A DNA stretch of 64,000 nucleotides from Camelus dromedarius. Taxonomy: Eukaryota. This document shows positions 22,674 through 35,819 of the stretch, in pieces. The stretch lies in NCBI RefSeq assembly GCF_036321535.1, contig NC_087437.1:116438001-116502000 (forward strand), in the 5' to 3' direction. A model generated the notes under the pieces. It had not been told where the DNA came from and made no database searches. It was given only the letters and a program-made list of their open reading frames with translations. The position numbers and the translations under genes were made by a program. Position 1 is the stretch's first letter, and the number at the start of each line of letters is the position of its first letter.

Positions 22674-24378
22674 TAGTAATTTCAAACCCTGAAAATATTC
22701 TATTTCACAATAATTCTAAATGGTTCAATATGTACTCCGTGCAGGTTCCAACAAATAGACAGTAAACTTTGAGCACATTTATTTTTTGGTTTCAGGGCTA
22801 GCACTTTGCCTAAACTCAGATATCAGGATATTCCTTCCAGAGATGAGAACTGTGGCAGGGTTATGGATTGTACCATAATACGCAAGAGATACTTCGTAGC
22901 TCCCCCGTTTATTAAAAAAAAAATGTAGCATCTTGGAATATGCTTATAGTGTGTCACCTAGCAAGTGGTACACATTATGAAGGTATATATAAATATATAT
23001 GAAATAAAAGCTCTAAAACTAAATGTGAGGGTTTTCTTGAAAACAGTCCTATTATGCAATTACGCTGACTTCTGGGTCAGCAAAATGCTACCCAATTAAA
23101 GCAAAACGCAGGGCCTCAAATATCTGCAAAACCAAAAAAGTTAACCGATTTTGCAGCTTTCCTCTTTCTGTCCTCACTTGTACTTAAAAATACCTGCAGT
23201 ATTTCCTTTTTTTCCTTCCACTTTGGTGCATATACCAAGGGACAGTGAGGTCAATAGGTGACAGCTGTTTGTGCTCCTGGCCATCCCGAGGAGGGGCCAC
23301 GTGGGCAAATCTCTGACTGGCATGTGAAGGGGCACCGGTGACCGCGGCTGACGACGGGTTTTCCTCTCGCTCTGCCAGGGGATCAGAGATTCATTTTCAG
23401 TGTGTTCTACAGAAGGATAATTAAGGCAGTATTTCATCTGCGAGTCGGCGAGTTTTAAAGGGAAACAAACTTTACTCTGGCACATAAATGACACAGGGCA
23501 GATGGGACAAGGCATTGAAAAGTGTGACAGCAGTGGCCTCCTTGCCCAGCTTCACCGTGACACAGCTGACACAGGAAGACACGGTGACACCGTGACGCAG
23601 CATGACATGGTGAGTGGAGGACAGTAACTCTGGGCTCAGCGCAGTCAGCACCCACAATGCTAATTACCAACCATCAGCGGGCTTGGGTGGAAACTGAGGA
23701 TGTGCGTGCAGAGCATCCTTCTGTGTCAGCAGGCGAAGCCGACATGCACATGCTGGTGGGGGGATCCTGGGGGACATCTTGGGGAGCACGAGGCCAGCGG
23801 GGCACCCTGACCACAGAGGCCTCGGCTCAGGGCAGTGAGACCTCAGCCCAGCTTCAGCCTCAGCTGCTCAGTGACTCAACAAGTCATTTAATTCACCCAT
23901 GCCAATTTTCCATCTGTCCATCAATCAGTGACTCTGCAGGCTTGTTCAAAGGAGAAATCAGCATGCATTGAGCAGGCTGCTCTGTGCCACCCTCCTGCAC
24001 CCAGTGGCAGCCCCCTTGAGGTCCCAGTGCTCTGTCACGTGCTGGCACTCAGCCAGCATTTGCTGAATGAATGAATGAATGAAAACGTCTACCGAATCAG
24101 GAGCAGTGGAAAGGGCAGCACTGGCTTGCCAGTGGGCAGCCCAGGAGGGCCCCTCGAGGGACAAAGTTTGACTTGAACTTGACACTCCAGTGGGACAGGC
24201 AAGAGGTCCCGACAGTGAGAGGCCTCATGACGGGCCCAGCGCATGTGCTGCTCAGCTGGTTTCTACTGCTTCATGGCCGATTCTTAAGACGTTCAAGTCA
24301 AAATTCAGATGAAAGCTGCTGCTGAAGTTGTGAGCCATCCATGCCTGCCCCACTTCTCTCTCTCACACTCACGCAAAG

Positions 24379-24775
24379 TAGATGATGATGATGATGAAGA
24401 CAGACAGATGATAGGTAGCTAGACAGATAGCTGGATGGATAGAATGACAGGTAGATAAATAGATGGAATGACTGATGATAGATAGATAGATAGACAGACA
24501 GACTGAATAGATGATAGAATAGATAGATAGAATGATGGATGGATAGACTGATAAAATGATAGATCGATCGATAGATAAGTAGATTAATAGATAGAATGAT
24601 AGGTAGGTAGACAGAATAAATAGACAGACAGATAGAATAGATACAATGACAGATCAACAGATCAATAGGTAGATTGATAGAATAATGGATGGATAGATGG
24701 ATAGATAGACAGACAGATACGTAGGTGGGCAGGCAGGCAGAAGACAAACAGATGCAGAGAGAGAGACAGAGAGAG
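24379..24775 (+). repeat. Degenerate (GATA/GACA/GATG)n tetranucleotide array
   Basis: About 400 bp of tagatagacagatggatag variants, directly visible. Confidence 0.95.
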
Positions 24776-25304
24776 GCTGCCTATCCACCCCCTCCATGAT
24801 GCCCCTTCCCCCAACCACCTGCCACCTCCTCTCCCAAGTGTGCAGGCCACATGCCCTGGGCAACTTAAGGGGTGACTTTCTTGAGCAAGTCCCCCAGGGC
24901 AAGGCACTGGGAAGGGAAGAAGGCAAAGGGTCTCTAAGAGGTCTTCTGACTCTGCAGGTTATGGGACTTCCATCTCAATAACTGATCTAACAGTACGTAG
25001 CAGTGAGCGGATATTCAACAAGAACAGATAAATACTGAATGAGTGAACAAGTCAAAACACGACTGAGTGAATGAGTCTCTGCCCTCTATTCTGCCTGCAC
25101 CGTGTTGTATCTGCAGCAGACGGACCTGAACTGCAAAGTGAAGTAATGGCTCCCATTTGTATGTTACACAGCCCTTGCCATTTTCCAAAGTAACCCCGAC
25201 TACAATTATTTCCAGTAAAAGTATTTCAGCAGCAGGGCTGGCTTCACATGCACTGAATGACAGTCATTGCATTCCTTGGCATTCGCTGTATCACCATGAC
25301 AACT

Positions 25305-25790
25305 GTATTTCCTAAGATGGTCCAATAAGATGTCTCGTCAAATACGCCTGTCACAAGGTGACAATGACACTGCCCCCATCCAAGCTGGCGGGCTTGTGAC
25401 TATAGCATAAGGTCAGCTATGAGACTTTCAGGGCTACCTATAAAGAGGATACAGTTCCCACGTGAAATCACCCGGTTTTCTCGGGAACAGCCACTCTTAC
25501 ACGTCACCCACCATACTGAAAGGGAACCCAGGCCCGTGTAGAGGCCACGTGTAGGTCACCGTCCAGCCAACAGCCACACCCACCCCTGGAGGCGTAAGTG
25601 AGGCAAGGTGTGCGCTGACTCCAGCCCCACTGCCGCTTGACTGCAACCACCTGAGAGACCCGGAGCGAGAAGCGACCATCGCAGGCCAGTCAAGCCCCGG
25701 AACCATGCAAAAGAGTAAGTACTAAAATGATCATTGTGATTGGAAGCCACGAGGTTTTGGAGTGATTTGTTACACAGCAATGAGGAATGG
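25305..25790 (+). mobile_element. MaLR MLT1-type solo LTR
   Basis: Starts with tgtatttcctaagatgg and ends with aagccacgaggttttggagtgatttgttacacagcaat, a typical MLT1 3' end. Confidence 0.8.
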
Positions 25791-27905
25791 GCAAGCCGTT
25801 GTTCTTGGCAACTGTTAGAGCAGAAAATACGCTTCTTACGGGACTATCCATCCATTCATCAAACCTTCTTGGCACCCACTGTATACACAGCTCTGTGTCT
25901 GCCACGGAACACGCAGGAAGGAAGAGAAGCAGCCCTCCACCAAACCAACAAACAAAACCTGACGTGTCGGCTGGGGAGAGAAATAAGCCAGAACCACAAC
26001 AGCATTTTGGCTCAGGAGAAAGGACACAAGGGTGACAGCTCTCCAGTCTCCTCTCCTGCCCTCTCCCTCTCTGCTCGTTAAACCTGCACGGGCCTCAGGG
26101 TCACCGGACCCCCCCGAGGGGGACCCCCCCTCCCCGGCTCTGCTCCTGCCCTTCATCCTCAGCCCACACCCACGGCCAGCAGCTCTCGGGCTCCACGCTG
26201 CTGGTGCCCCACTCCCACTTTCTAGAAACAGCTCTGCTCCTCAACCCTAGATCTGTCTCCCAAGGAGATGTGGGAGAACTTTCATTTCCCCCTCTGTGAC
26301 TTCCCAGAAAAGGGGGTGGGACATGAGAAGCAGAGGGAGAGGATCCCTTCCCTTCAGTCACGAGAAAGAAAAGCCCTAGTGTTTAGAAGGCGTCATTATT
26401 ATTGTCCTGAAACATTAGCTCCTAGAAACCAGGGGCTCCGTCCCCACTGCCGACTGGACGGCTCCCAGGACGCCTGGGGGCTCCCACCGGTCAGTTCTGG
26501 ACTCTAATGAGAGCCATCTGGAAGACCGCGGCGGTGGGCTTGGCCGAGCGCTGGCCGAGAGCTTTACTGTGGGCAAAGGCAGAAAGCCCAGGGACACACA
26601 GTGGGTCTCTTTTTCCGAGAACCACAGTCCGGTGTGCTCACCCCCCAAAAGCCCTGTGTGGATTTCTCCCTGAATATCTGAGACTTCGTTAAAGAAGCTA
26701 AGCTGTCCTGCTTTTGAACCCCTGTGCTGAATTCTCGGGGACGCAGGAGCACCGCTGTGCCCCTCCCGGACAGCCGGGCACCCAAGCCTCACTGCCCCGC
26801 CTGGGCTGGGATCTGGGATATTTGATTCCATGTTACTCAAAGCTGTTTGGAGCTTTTCATCAGGAATGGAAACCATTAATGTGTCTCGCACGCCTCTCTC
26901 TGTTTTATGGAATTCTTGCACCGGGGAGCTCTTTTTCTTTTATTATTTTCTTTAACAGCCAGAAAACTGGGACGTTCACAAAGAAATTGTTCAACTCCCT
27001 TAAGTGACCCTTCACCTAAGAGGTTCTGCCTAATCTGTAAATTGGAGTTAAAAGTATTTCAGTACCTTTGGAGTGGGGAGCGCTTTGTCTTTAAAAGAGC
27101 ACGGAGACCGCTAACAATGGCCCTACACATACCTCGTGCCTCTCTGTTAGTTACTGCAAACCAAAACCAGATGCGAAGTGTCAGCGGCTGCCTTGTACTG
27201 ACCCAGGGAAGTTGAGGCTAATCCAGATCATTCTTAATAACTCAAAACTGCCACCCTTTAACTATCTAATTTTTCTCTCACTTATAAATGCAAAAAAGAA
27301 TTGACAGTCCACATTAAAATCCATTTCCCTCTGAACACATACAGATTTTCTCCGATAAGAGCCAGGAACAAAAGCTCTCTCCACAAAACTGTGCTGCTGT
27401 CATCTGTGTTTTAGTTTAGATGATCATTGCCTTTCACGGAACAAGATCTGAAAGGAGAGAATTCATCCTGAAAATGGGCTATTTCTGTTGTTACCTCTTC
27501 TCAAGTAAGAGCAGGGGGAGAGTTCCTTGAATTAGGTGTTTGTAAACGTGAGAAAACACAGAATTTCAGGGCAAAGAACCTAGCTACTTAAAATAGTTCC
27601 TTATCATGGAAACCATTTTAATTGCCCATCATTTTCCTGAATTTAAAAGTAATGAATAGAAATGAGGGAGAAAAATCAACAGATACAGGAAAGATACAGA
27701 ACTTTCCAAATGAAGGAATCAATCATCCTTCACTAAATCTGAACATTCTATCAATATTATGTCTATTTACTAAATCCAAGAGGAACTATTTCAACATAAA
27801 ATCAAATACAAAATTGTCCCAGACAATTGAATATTGTTTTCTACCTTAAAGCGGGCACAGAGTAGAATGACCATAGATACAAGGCTAGACACTGATTGAT
27901 TTTTT

Positions 27906-28582
27906 TCTTTTTTTTTTTAATTGAAGTGCAGTCAGTTACAATGTGTCAATTTTTGGTGTGCAGCACAATGTCCCAGTCATGCATATTCATACACATGTTT
28001 TTTTCATCTTCTTTGTCATTAAAGGTTATTATAAGATATTGAACATAGTTCCCTGTGCTATACAGAAGAAACTTTTTTTAAAAATCTATTTTTATATATA
28101 GTGGCTAACATTCGTAAATCTCAAACTCCCAGATTTATCCCTTCCCACCCCCTCTCCCCAGTAACCATAAGATTGTTTACTATGTCTGTGAGTCTGTTTC
28201 TGTTTTGTAGATGAGTTCATAGTGTCCTTTTTCTTTCTTTCTTTTTCTTTTTTTTCTTTCTTTCTTTTTCTTTCTTTCTCTTCCTTCCTTCCTTCCTTCC
28301 TTCCTTCCTTCCTTCCTTCCTTCCTTTCTTCCTTTCTTTCTTTCTTTCTTTTAGATTCCACACATGATTGATATTACTGGTATTTTTCTTTTTCTTCTGG
28401 CTTACTTCACTTAGAATGATGATCTCTAGGTCCATCCAAGTTGCTGCAAGTGGCATTATTTTATTCTTTTTTATGGCTGAATAGTATTCCATTGTATAAG
28501 TACACCACAACTTCTTTATGCAGTCATCTGTCGATGGACATTTAGGTTGCTTCCATGTCTTGGCTATTGTACATAGTGCTGC
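27906..28582 (-). mobile_element. Lineage-specific L1 3' portion with TSD and internal microsatellite
   Basis: Reversed L1 3'UTR and ORF2 end (ORF track MWCTYTMEYYSAIKKNKIMPLAATWMDLE is the L1 ORF2 C-terminus). TSD ctgattgattttt (27892) / ctgattgtttttt (28583). Confidence 0.93.
28227..28352 (+). repeat. Compound (TTTC)n/(TTCC)11 microsatellite
   Basis: A perfect (TTCC)11 at 28281-28324, flanked by TTTC repeats. Confidence 0.97.
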
Positions 28583-28954
28583 CTGATTGTTTTTTGATGT
28601 CTGTAACTAAGGGAATTACACCACCACGCTACATAGGACCTCTTAGCCCTACACTGAGATGTGATTGGTGCGTACATATAAATAAAGGAAAGGATAAGAT
28701 AGAGTCATATTATCATGTTTCATCAATATAAGCCTGTGGATGATAAAATGTGAAGCACACCATGATTTAATGTATCACCAGAAAAGAAAAAAAATATCCA
28801 GCCAAACAAAATTAGCCATAATACTCCCTTATCCATCAATTGTGGCCACATCCCAATTTCTGAAAACAACTATGTGCCTTAGGTTAGATGCAATACAGGA
28901 TACTTACAGAAGAACAAATCACTAAAGCACTAAAATGCTATTTGGAACAGACTA

Positions 28955-29146
28955 TAGGGTTTCCCAAGCTTCGCACCTTGGGCTAGATAGTTATTTGTTT
29001 TGGGGGTGGTGTTAGCATCCCTGGCCTCAACTCACTAGATGCCAGAAGCACCTTCCTTACCCCAGTTATAACAACCAAAACTGTCTGCAGACATTACCAA
29101 ACGTCCCTGAGGATGGAGGCAAAATCACCCCAGTTGGGAAACACTG
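28955..29146 (-). mobile_element. MER20 (hAT-Charlie DNA transposon remnant)
   Basis: agcatccctggcctcaactcactagatgccagaagcacc...acaaccaaaactgtctgcagacatt...ggcaaaatcaccccagttgggaaacactg matches the recalled MER20 reverse complement. Confidence 0.85.
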
Positions 29147-29334
29147 GAACGGAGCAATTCAATTTGATCCACTTCACAATATAATTTAGTCTATGTATAA
29201 ATGAAAAACTGGAAAGCCAGTTGGGAAGTGTATGGTTAGATGAGACATACTGACCTAAAAAACATTACATAAACAAATAGTTGGTGCACATATAAGAATG
29301 CATGTTGGCCATTCCAACCAACAGGACGTAAAAG

Positions 29335-30305
29335 AACTCTGAAAAGCGCTCAGCATCACCAATCACGAGGGAAATGCAAATCAAAACCGTAATGAGATGT
29401 CACCTCATGCCTGTTAGAACTGCTATTATCAAAAACAAACACCAAAACAGAAATAACAAGTGTTGGACTAGGATGTGAAGAAAAAGGAACCTTTGGGCAC
29501 TGTTGGAATTGGTGCAGCCACTATGGAAAACGGTATGAAGTGTTATGAAGTGTTTCCTCAAAAAATTAAAAATAGAGCTACTATATGACCCAGCAATTCC
29601 ATTTATGGACATTTATCCCAAGGAAACAAATCACCACCTCAAAAAGGTATCTGTACCCTCATGTTCATCGCAGCATGATTCACAGTAGTCAAGACATGGA
29701 AACAACATAAGTACCCATCAACAGATGAATGGATAAAGAAAACGTGGTTTATACATGTGTAGTGTAATATTATTCAGCCAGAAAAAAGAAGGAAATTTGT
29801 GCCATTTGTGACAACATGAATGGACCTTAAGGACATGATGCTAAGTAAAGCCAGGTCAGAAAGAGAAAGACAAACACTGCATGATCTCACTTATACTGGA
29901 GTAATAATTTTTTTAAAAACCTCATGGATACAGAGAACAGACTGTTGATCGCCAGGGGCGGCAGGAGAGGGGTGGGCAAAATGGGTGAAGGTGATCAAAG
30001 GGCATAGACCCCCAACTAAAAGATATTTATCTTATCCTGGGAACGTAATGTACAGCACGGTGACTACAGCTAACTATGCTGTGTTGTATATTTGACAGTT
30101 GCTAAGAGAGTAAATCTTACAAGTTTTCATCACAAGAAAAAAAATGTGTCAGTAAGTGCAATGATGGATGTTAACGAGACTTACCGTGGTGGTCATTTCA
30201 TAATACGTGCAGATACAGTATGTTGTACATACATATCATTATGTCGCACATCTAAACTAACACAATGTTGTATGTCAATACAAATTTTTTAAAATTAAAT
30301 AAATA
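29335..30305 (+). mobile_element. Older L1 (L1MA9-like) ORF2 end and 3'UTR
   Basis: gggaaatgcaaatcaaaacc...gacccagcaattcc...gttgctaagagagtaaatctt...ttgtatgtcaat. Confidence 0.88.
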
Positions 30306-31437
30306 ACATCAATGAAACAAATCACTACCACAACATTTCAGTAGTTACATACTATCCAAAAAATATGAAAAGAAACTCAAGAAACTCAAAGTAAGGAAGA
30401 AGTTGAAGAAAATCAAAACACAGTATTTTGGGCCTATTCACATATAATATTTTCATAAGTGAAAAAATTTAATTTTTTTGCAACATTGGCAAGGATGTGG
30501 AGAAAGAACGCTCATTCACGTTCAGTAGGATTAAAACCTTATCCGAAGGTAATTTATCCTTTGATTCAGCAATTTCCATTCAAGAAATCCACCTTTTAGA
30601 AATATTCACAGTGGACAAAGGCAGCTGCAAGAATGTTCACTACAGCACTGTTTAGCAATAGTAAAAAAATTAAAATAAACTGAATGCTAGCAGTCAGAGA
30701 CTAGATAAATACACTACACAGTATTAAGAAGAAGGAGATCTAAATTCACTGCACAGAAATTATTCAAGTTATAAGGTTTTAAAAATCACCAGATGTATGT
30801 TAGTAACTGCCGAGAAAACATTCTGAGATAACAAACCTCAGCTTAGAGGCTGGGGTCATGGGATAATTACCTCTTTTCAAGTCAAACATTTGGGGAAAGT
30901 TGAGCTGTAGGAAGTAAGCGTTACTTCTGTAATCAGAAGAGAGATTTTAATTCATATTCAAAGAATACAGAAGTATTAAAATGCCACAAAATTTAAGTAT
31001 ACTAATAAAACATAATAAACTACAGAACAGACTTTACAAAATACATAAATAACATAAATACACAGCAATACAGATACAAAAAGGTAGAGCTTTATTCACT
31101 TATCCAAGAAATATCTGAGTATCTATTTTGTTAAATTAATGTTATTAAAATAACAAGTGAGATCATTAATAAAAGACTCCTGGGGAAAATGAAATTTTAT
31201 TGGAGTCCCACAGGATTAGAGTGTGTTCAGATTGTAGGGGGAAAAGTGTCAAAATATTTTAGGAATAAGAAATTTTAAAACTTGGGTAAAGGAGTTGGTT
31301 CAACATGAAAGGAACAAAGAAACTGCAGGTAAGACTGTTCCGAGAAATAGGTAAAAATAAGGAAATATCTTGGCATCCACACATAGATATTTGTTATTGA
31401 TTTATTTGGGCAATGAGAATTCACAAGAACAATCTAG

Positions 31438-31610
31438 AGAAAACAACTAGGTCCTACTGTATAGCACAAGAAACTATATTCAGTATCTTATAATAAACTA
31501 TAATAGAAAAGAATCCGAAAAAGAAATATATATACATATATAATTGAATCACTTAGCTGTACACCAGAAACTAATACAACATTGTAAATTAACTATACTT
31601 CATTAAAAAA
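31438..31610 (+). mobile_element. L1 3' end
   Basis: ggtcctactgtatagcacaagaaactatattcag...gctgtacaccagaaactaatacaacattgtaaattaactatacttca. Confidence 0.9.
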
Positions 31611-31779
31611 GAGGAATTTAAAGGACATGACATAAAACGCTTCTGATTAGAACACATTTTAGGACATGGCATGAAGACATGGCTGTGGGGACTATTTATA
31701 TCCTAAATCTAACTTGAACGAGGTTTGCTTCTGCAAACAAAAGAGTAAATATGAAACGGATTAGACAATAATGTTACAG

Positions 31780-34700
31780 TTCCTGTGGTTAATCTCTCAC
31801 GGGAAACAAGTAAAGGTATTAATCTTAAGAAGTTAGAAAAACCCAAAGAAAAAAATTAAAAAGATAAAAACAAAACCTGTAGATTAGATAATAAGTATAC
31901 TATGGGGAAGACTAACAAAGCCCAATCTGCTTCTTTGATAAGATTGGTCACGTATAAATCCTTGATGAGCATAAACAGAGAAAAGAGAGAAGGCTGAAAT
32001 AACCAGCCAAGGATGAAAAAGGACCCATTGCTACAGATCCTACAGACACTAGGAGAATTACCAGAGCACGTTATAAACAATTTCCTATCAATGATTGTGA
32101 ACATTTAGCTGAAATTGATAAAATTCTTGAAAAATACAATTTACCAAAACTTCAAAGAAGAAACACAAAATCTGAACTCCTGATTTGTAAGACATTTATT
32201 AAATCATCTAAAAGCTTTCTTTCAGAAAAATGAAGAAGGAAAACTCCAAGCCAGATTGATTTATCAGCAAATTCCAACACACACTTAAACAGAAATTAAT
32301 GTCAGTCTTAGACAAATTTGCCCAGATAATAGAAAAAGAGGAAAGCTTGATATCAAAATGTCATTTGGACATTATAAGAAAATAAAATTATAGGCTGATC
32401 TCACACACATAAATGCAGGCTCAAAAAATCTGAAAAAAACACCCCAGAAAACCAAATCCAACACTATATAAAACAGAATAACATGTCCTATGATCAAGTT
32501 GGGAATATTCTAAAAATGCAAGGTTATTTCAATCAAATTATCAAATTTACATTGTAAAGAAGAAAAATCATATGACAATCTGAAATAAAAGAGGAAAAGG
32601 CAATTGATAAAATTCAGTATCAGACACGATATAAATTCCTAATAAATTAGAAATAAAACGGAACTTTAACAATATCACAAAGGGCATCTATCAAACCCTA
32701 CAGTAAGCCACATACTTTAATGGTGAAACACTGAAATCTAATTTTTTAAAGTCAGGAACAAAGAGAAAGAGGCTCATCACCACCACAAGTGTCACAAATT
32801 GTATCAGACGCCCTAGTTGGTACATAAGGCAAGAAAATGAAATACAGTGCCAAAGAATTGGGGGGAAATAGATAAAACTTGAACTATTCACAGAAGATAC
32901 AGTTTTTCACATAGAAAATCCAAAGGAATTTAGAAATGAATCATTAGCATTAATAAGTTTGGAAGCTTTGCTAGTTATGGGTCAATATAGTAAACTCAAA
33001 TTTTATTTCTGTGTATCAGCATCAATAGAAAATAAAAATGTTAAATGGTGCTTTTTCATTAGCATCAAAAATCTTAAAATATGGGACTATGTCTAATATA
33101 AGATGTTCAGAACCTTTACATAGAAAACTACAACATGTTATTGTAAAAGATCTAAATACATGAATAGCGAGGCCATATTCATGGATTGAAAGACTTAATA
33201 CTGTAAAGATGTCAGTTCTCTTCAAACTGACTAACAGATTCAATGTAGATCCAAACAAAACTGCAACAAGATTTTTGTAGAACTTGACAAATCAGTTCTA
33301 AAATTTGCATAAAAATGCAAAGGCCAAAAATAGACAAGATGCTTTTAAAGAAGAATAAGGTAAGGCAATTTGCTCTACCAAACATTACAAAGGCACAGCG
33401 ATTAGCCAGAGTAGTATTCATGCAGGCGTAAACAAACAGAACAATGGAGAAGCAAAGAGAGTCCAGAAACGAATTCACCCATCGATCAACAGACTTGATT
33501 TTGGACAAAGGCGTCAGGCGGCGCAGTCAAGAAAGGAAGGAATTCTTAGAAAATGGTGCTGAGAAAACGGGATATCCAAATAGGAAGAAGAAATTCGACA
33601 ACTAACTCACATCATCACAAGAATCAATTCCAGGTCAGTTGCAGGTATAAATGTGAGAGGAAAACAATTTTTGCAACATAATATAGGAAAATGTATTCAT
33701 GACTTTGGAATGGAGAAAATTTTGTGAATAAGGCACAAAAACACTAACTATAAAGTTAGACTGATAAATTGAACTACATTAAAATTAAGAAAAAATTAAG
33801 AATGTCTTTTCATCAAAAAGACACTATAAAAAGAATAAAAAGGCAAGCCATGGAGTAGAAGATAATATTTTCAACACATCTAATCTACTATTCCTATGCA
33901 CAATATGTAAAGAACCCCAATAAATCAGTAAGAAGACACACAATCCAATGGAAAAACAGGGAAGAAAGCTGAACAGGCACACATAAAAGAGGCTATCAAA
34001 TGCCCCTTAAACATATGAAAAAGTCTTCCACTTTGTTAGGAATCCAGGAAATGCAAATTACAACCACAATAAGATAACACAACTTATACATCAGAATGTC
34101 TAAAATGACATTAGATTAACAATACTTTTGATAAAGATATGGAGCAGGGAAGACTTCTGCACGTAGCTGGAGTTTGGAGTGTATCTTTATTTATGAGTTA
34201 CGGTTCTTATAGGAAACAGCATGTTCAAAGAGGTATAACTTCAGGGAGTTTAATGAAAGAATTTACAAAGATAAGGGCAGAAATGAGTAAAAACCAGAGG
34301 GTGATGCAGTCCCAAGGGCTAGCAAGAGCAGGAAGGCATCATGCTCTTCAGGCTCAAAAGACCAGAGGAAGTGGTTATTGCCCGCTAGAAACAGACGCAG
34401 CTGTAGCTTTAACTATAGGAGAGGACAGGAGGAGCTGTGGCTTTCCCTAGAGAGAAGCCACTGCCAACCTGTGGCCAAAGAGAGAAAGTTGGGGAAAAAA
34501 TACCTGAACTCTCTCTCTCCCCCTACCCTCTGATTTCCTTCTGGTGTTTCTCATGATTTGAACTCAGTGGGAGACAGAGGACCCCAGAGTGCATCTGCTG
34601 TGGTCCACAGATGTCAAACTCCCAGGTGAGAAGCGGGGCAGAGCAGGATGGAGAGTGGACTGGAAACATAAATGGAGAAAACCCAGCACATCTGTATAAT

Positions 34701-35250
34701 GAAAGACTTTGCAGTTTCACCACTTACTACAACACATAATGAAACGTATGCATATGTGCGCCAAGAGACACAGACACGAATGCTCTCAGCAGCGTTATCC
34801 ATCATAGCCAATGCTGGGGACAGCTCAACTGTCCTTCAGCAGGAGAATGAGTCAGTAAAGTGTGGCATAGTGTGGCGCACTGGACCCTCTAGACCAAAGC
34901 AAATGAAGAAACTACACACAGCAATATAGGTGAAATGTCGTAAGTGTGACGGTGAGTGAAAGCAAGACGCAAAGGAATATAATGTACTATTAAAGGTATA
35001 TAAAGATCAGAAAGGAGGCAACGTGACACTCTAGAGACTAAGTACGCACAGTTAGATGAGAAAACTGCCAAGAACAGCAAGGAAACGATGACAAATTAAG
35101 ACAAAATCTACCTCAGAGGGAGGGAGGAGTAAGGACCAGGGAGGGGCATGGGTGGGGCTGTTCCCGATATCATAATTAATCATGGTGCACATTTACCCTT
35201 CAGGTAATTTCCTCTCTGCGTTATGCTTCAAATTTTTAAAAATTAATAAA
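31780..35250 (+). mobile_element. Ancient decayed L1 (ORF2 RT region to 3'UTR), interrupted by an LTR
   Basis: A-rich strand with ORF2 hallmarks (tattcacagaagatac for LFADD, ccatattcatggattgaaagacttaatactgtaaagatgtca, ggaaatgcaaattacaaccacaataagata) and no intact frame. Confidence 0.85.
34180..34690 (-). mobile_element. LTR33-like (ERVL) solo LTR nested in L1
   Basis: Ends ...ggatggagagtggactggaaacataaatggagaaaacccagcaca, matching the recalled reverse complement of the LTR33 5' end. L1 sequence resumes after it. Confidence 0.7.
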
Positions 35251-35819
35251 AATCTGTGTGTAACCATGAAATACTAGATGTTAGAAGAGTGCATTCGCTT
35301 GTTCTCTCAGTTAAGCTACATCTGGCTACGGGGATAAGATGCAGATTAGGACAGAGACCCTGATCTGAAAGAAAGGGGTAATTGAGAAGCACTTTGTCAT
35401 CCAATTAGATGCCAAATAAGGGAAACTCAGAGCAGGTCATCGAAAGCATTTTGTGTAAACACCTTTTGCAAAATCCCTCATCAAAAAGAAAGAAAAAAAA
35501 AAAAGAAAGAAAGGGAGGGAGGAAGGAAGAAAAGAAACCTCCAGGGCCACTTTTCTTAGTCAGGTCAGCAGATCACAACTTGTCACCCAGGGGATACGTT
35601 TACAGATGGCGCGTGGGATTTGGGAGTGAAAAGGGGTGCAGTGCAGTCATGTGTCCATCCCACCTTTCCCAGGTGGGAAGAAGAGGACATCAGAGAGAGG
35701 AAGCATGATGGGCACTTCTCCTGACCCCCACCACTGCTCAATGAGGGCTGCTTCTCCATGAGGGTCCCGGAACTGGAGGGAGTGGCCCTCAGTGACAAGT
35801 GGCCCTGACCCAGGAGTGG

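Noticed and set aside
24379..24775. Repeat arrays as CRISPR-like or coding repeats (ORFs 24298-24747, 15951-16286)
   Set aside because: These are simple-sequence repeats with no repeat-spacer structure, in eukaryotic DNA. The ORFs are low-complexity artefacts.
27906..27925. Sense-oriented L1s lacking canonical AATAAA as evidence of selection against premature termination
   Set aside because: The antisense copy at 58881-59379 has the same caattaaaa end, so this is a subfamily trait.
28217..28510. ORF MWCTYTMEYYSAIKKNK... (similarly 61182-61379)
   Set aside because: These are C-terminal remnants of L1 ORF2 in 5'-truncated elements, not host genes.
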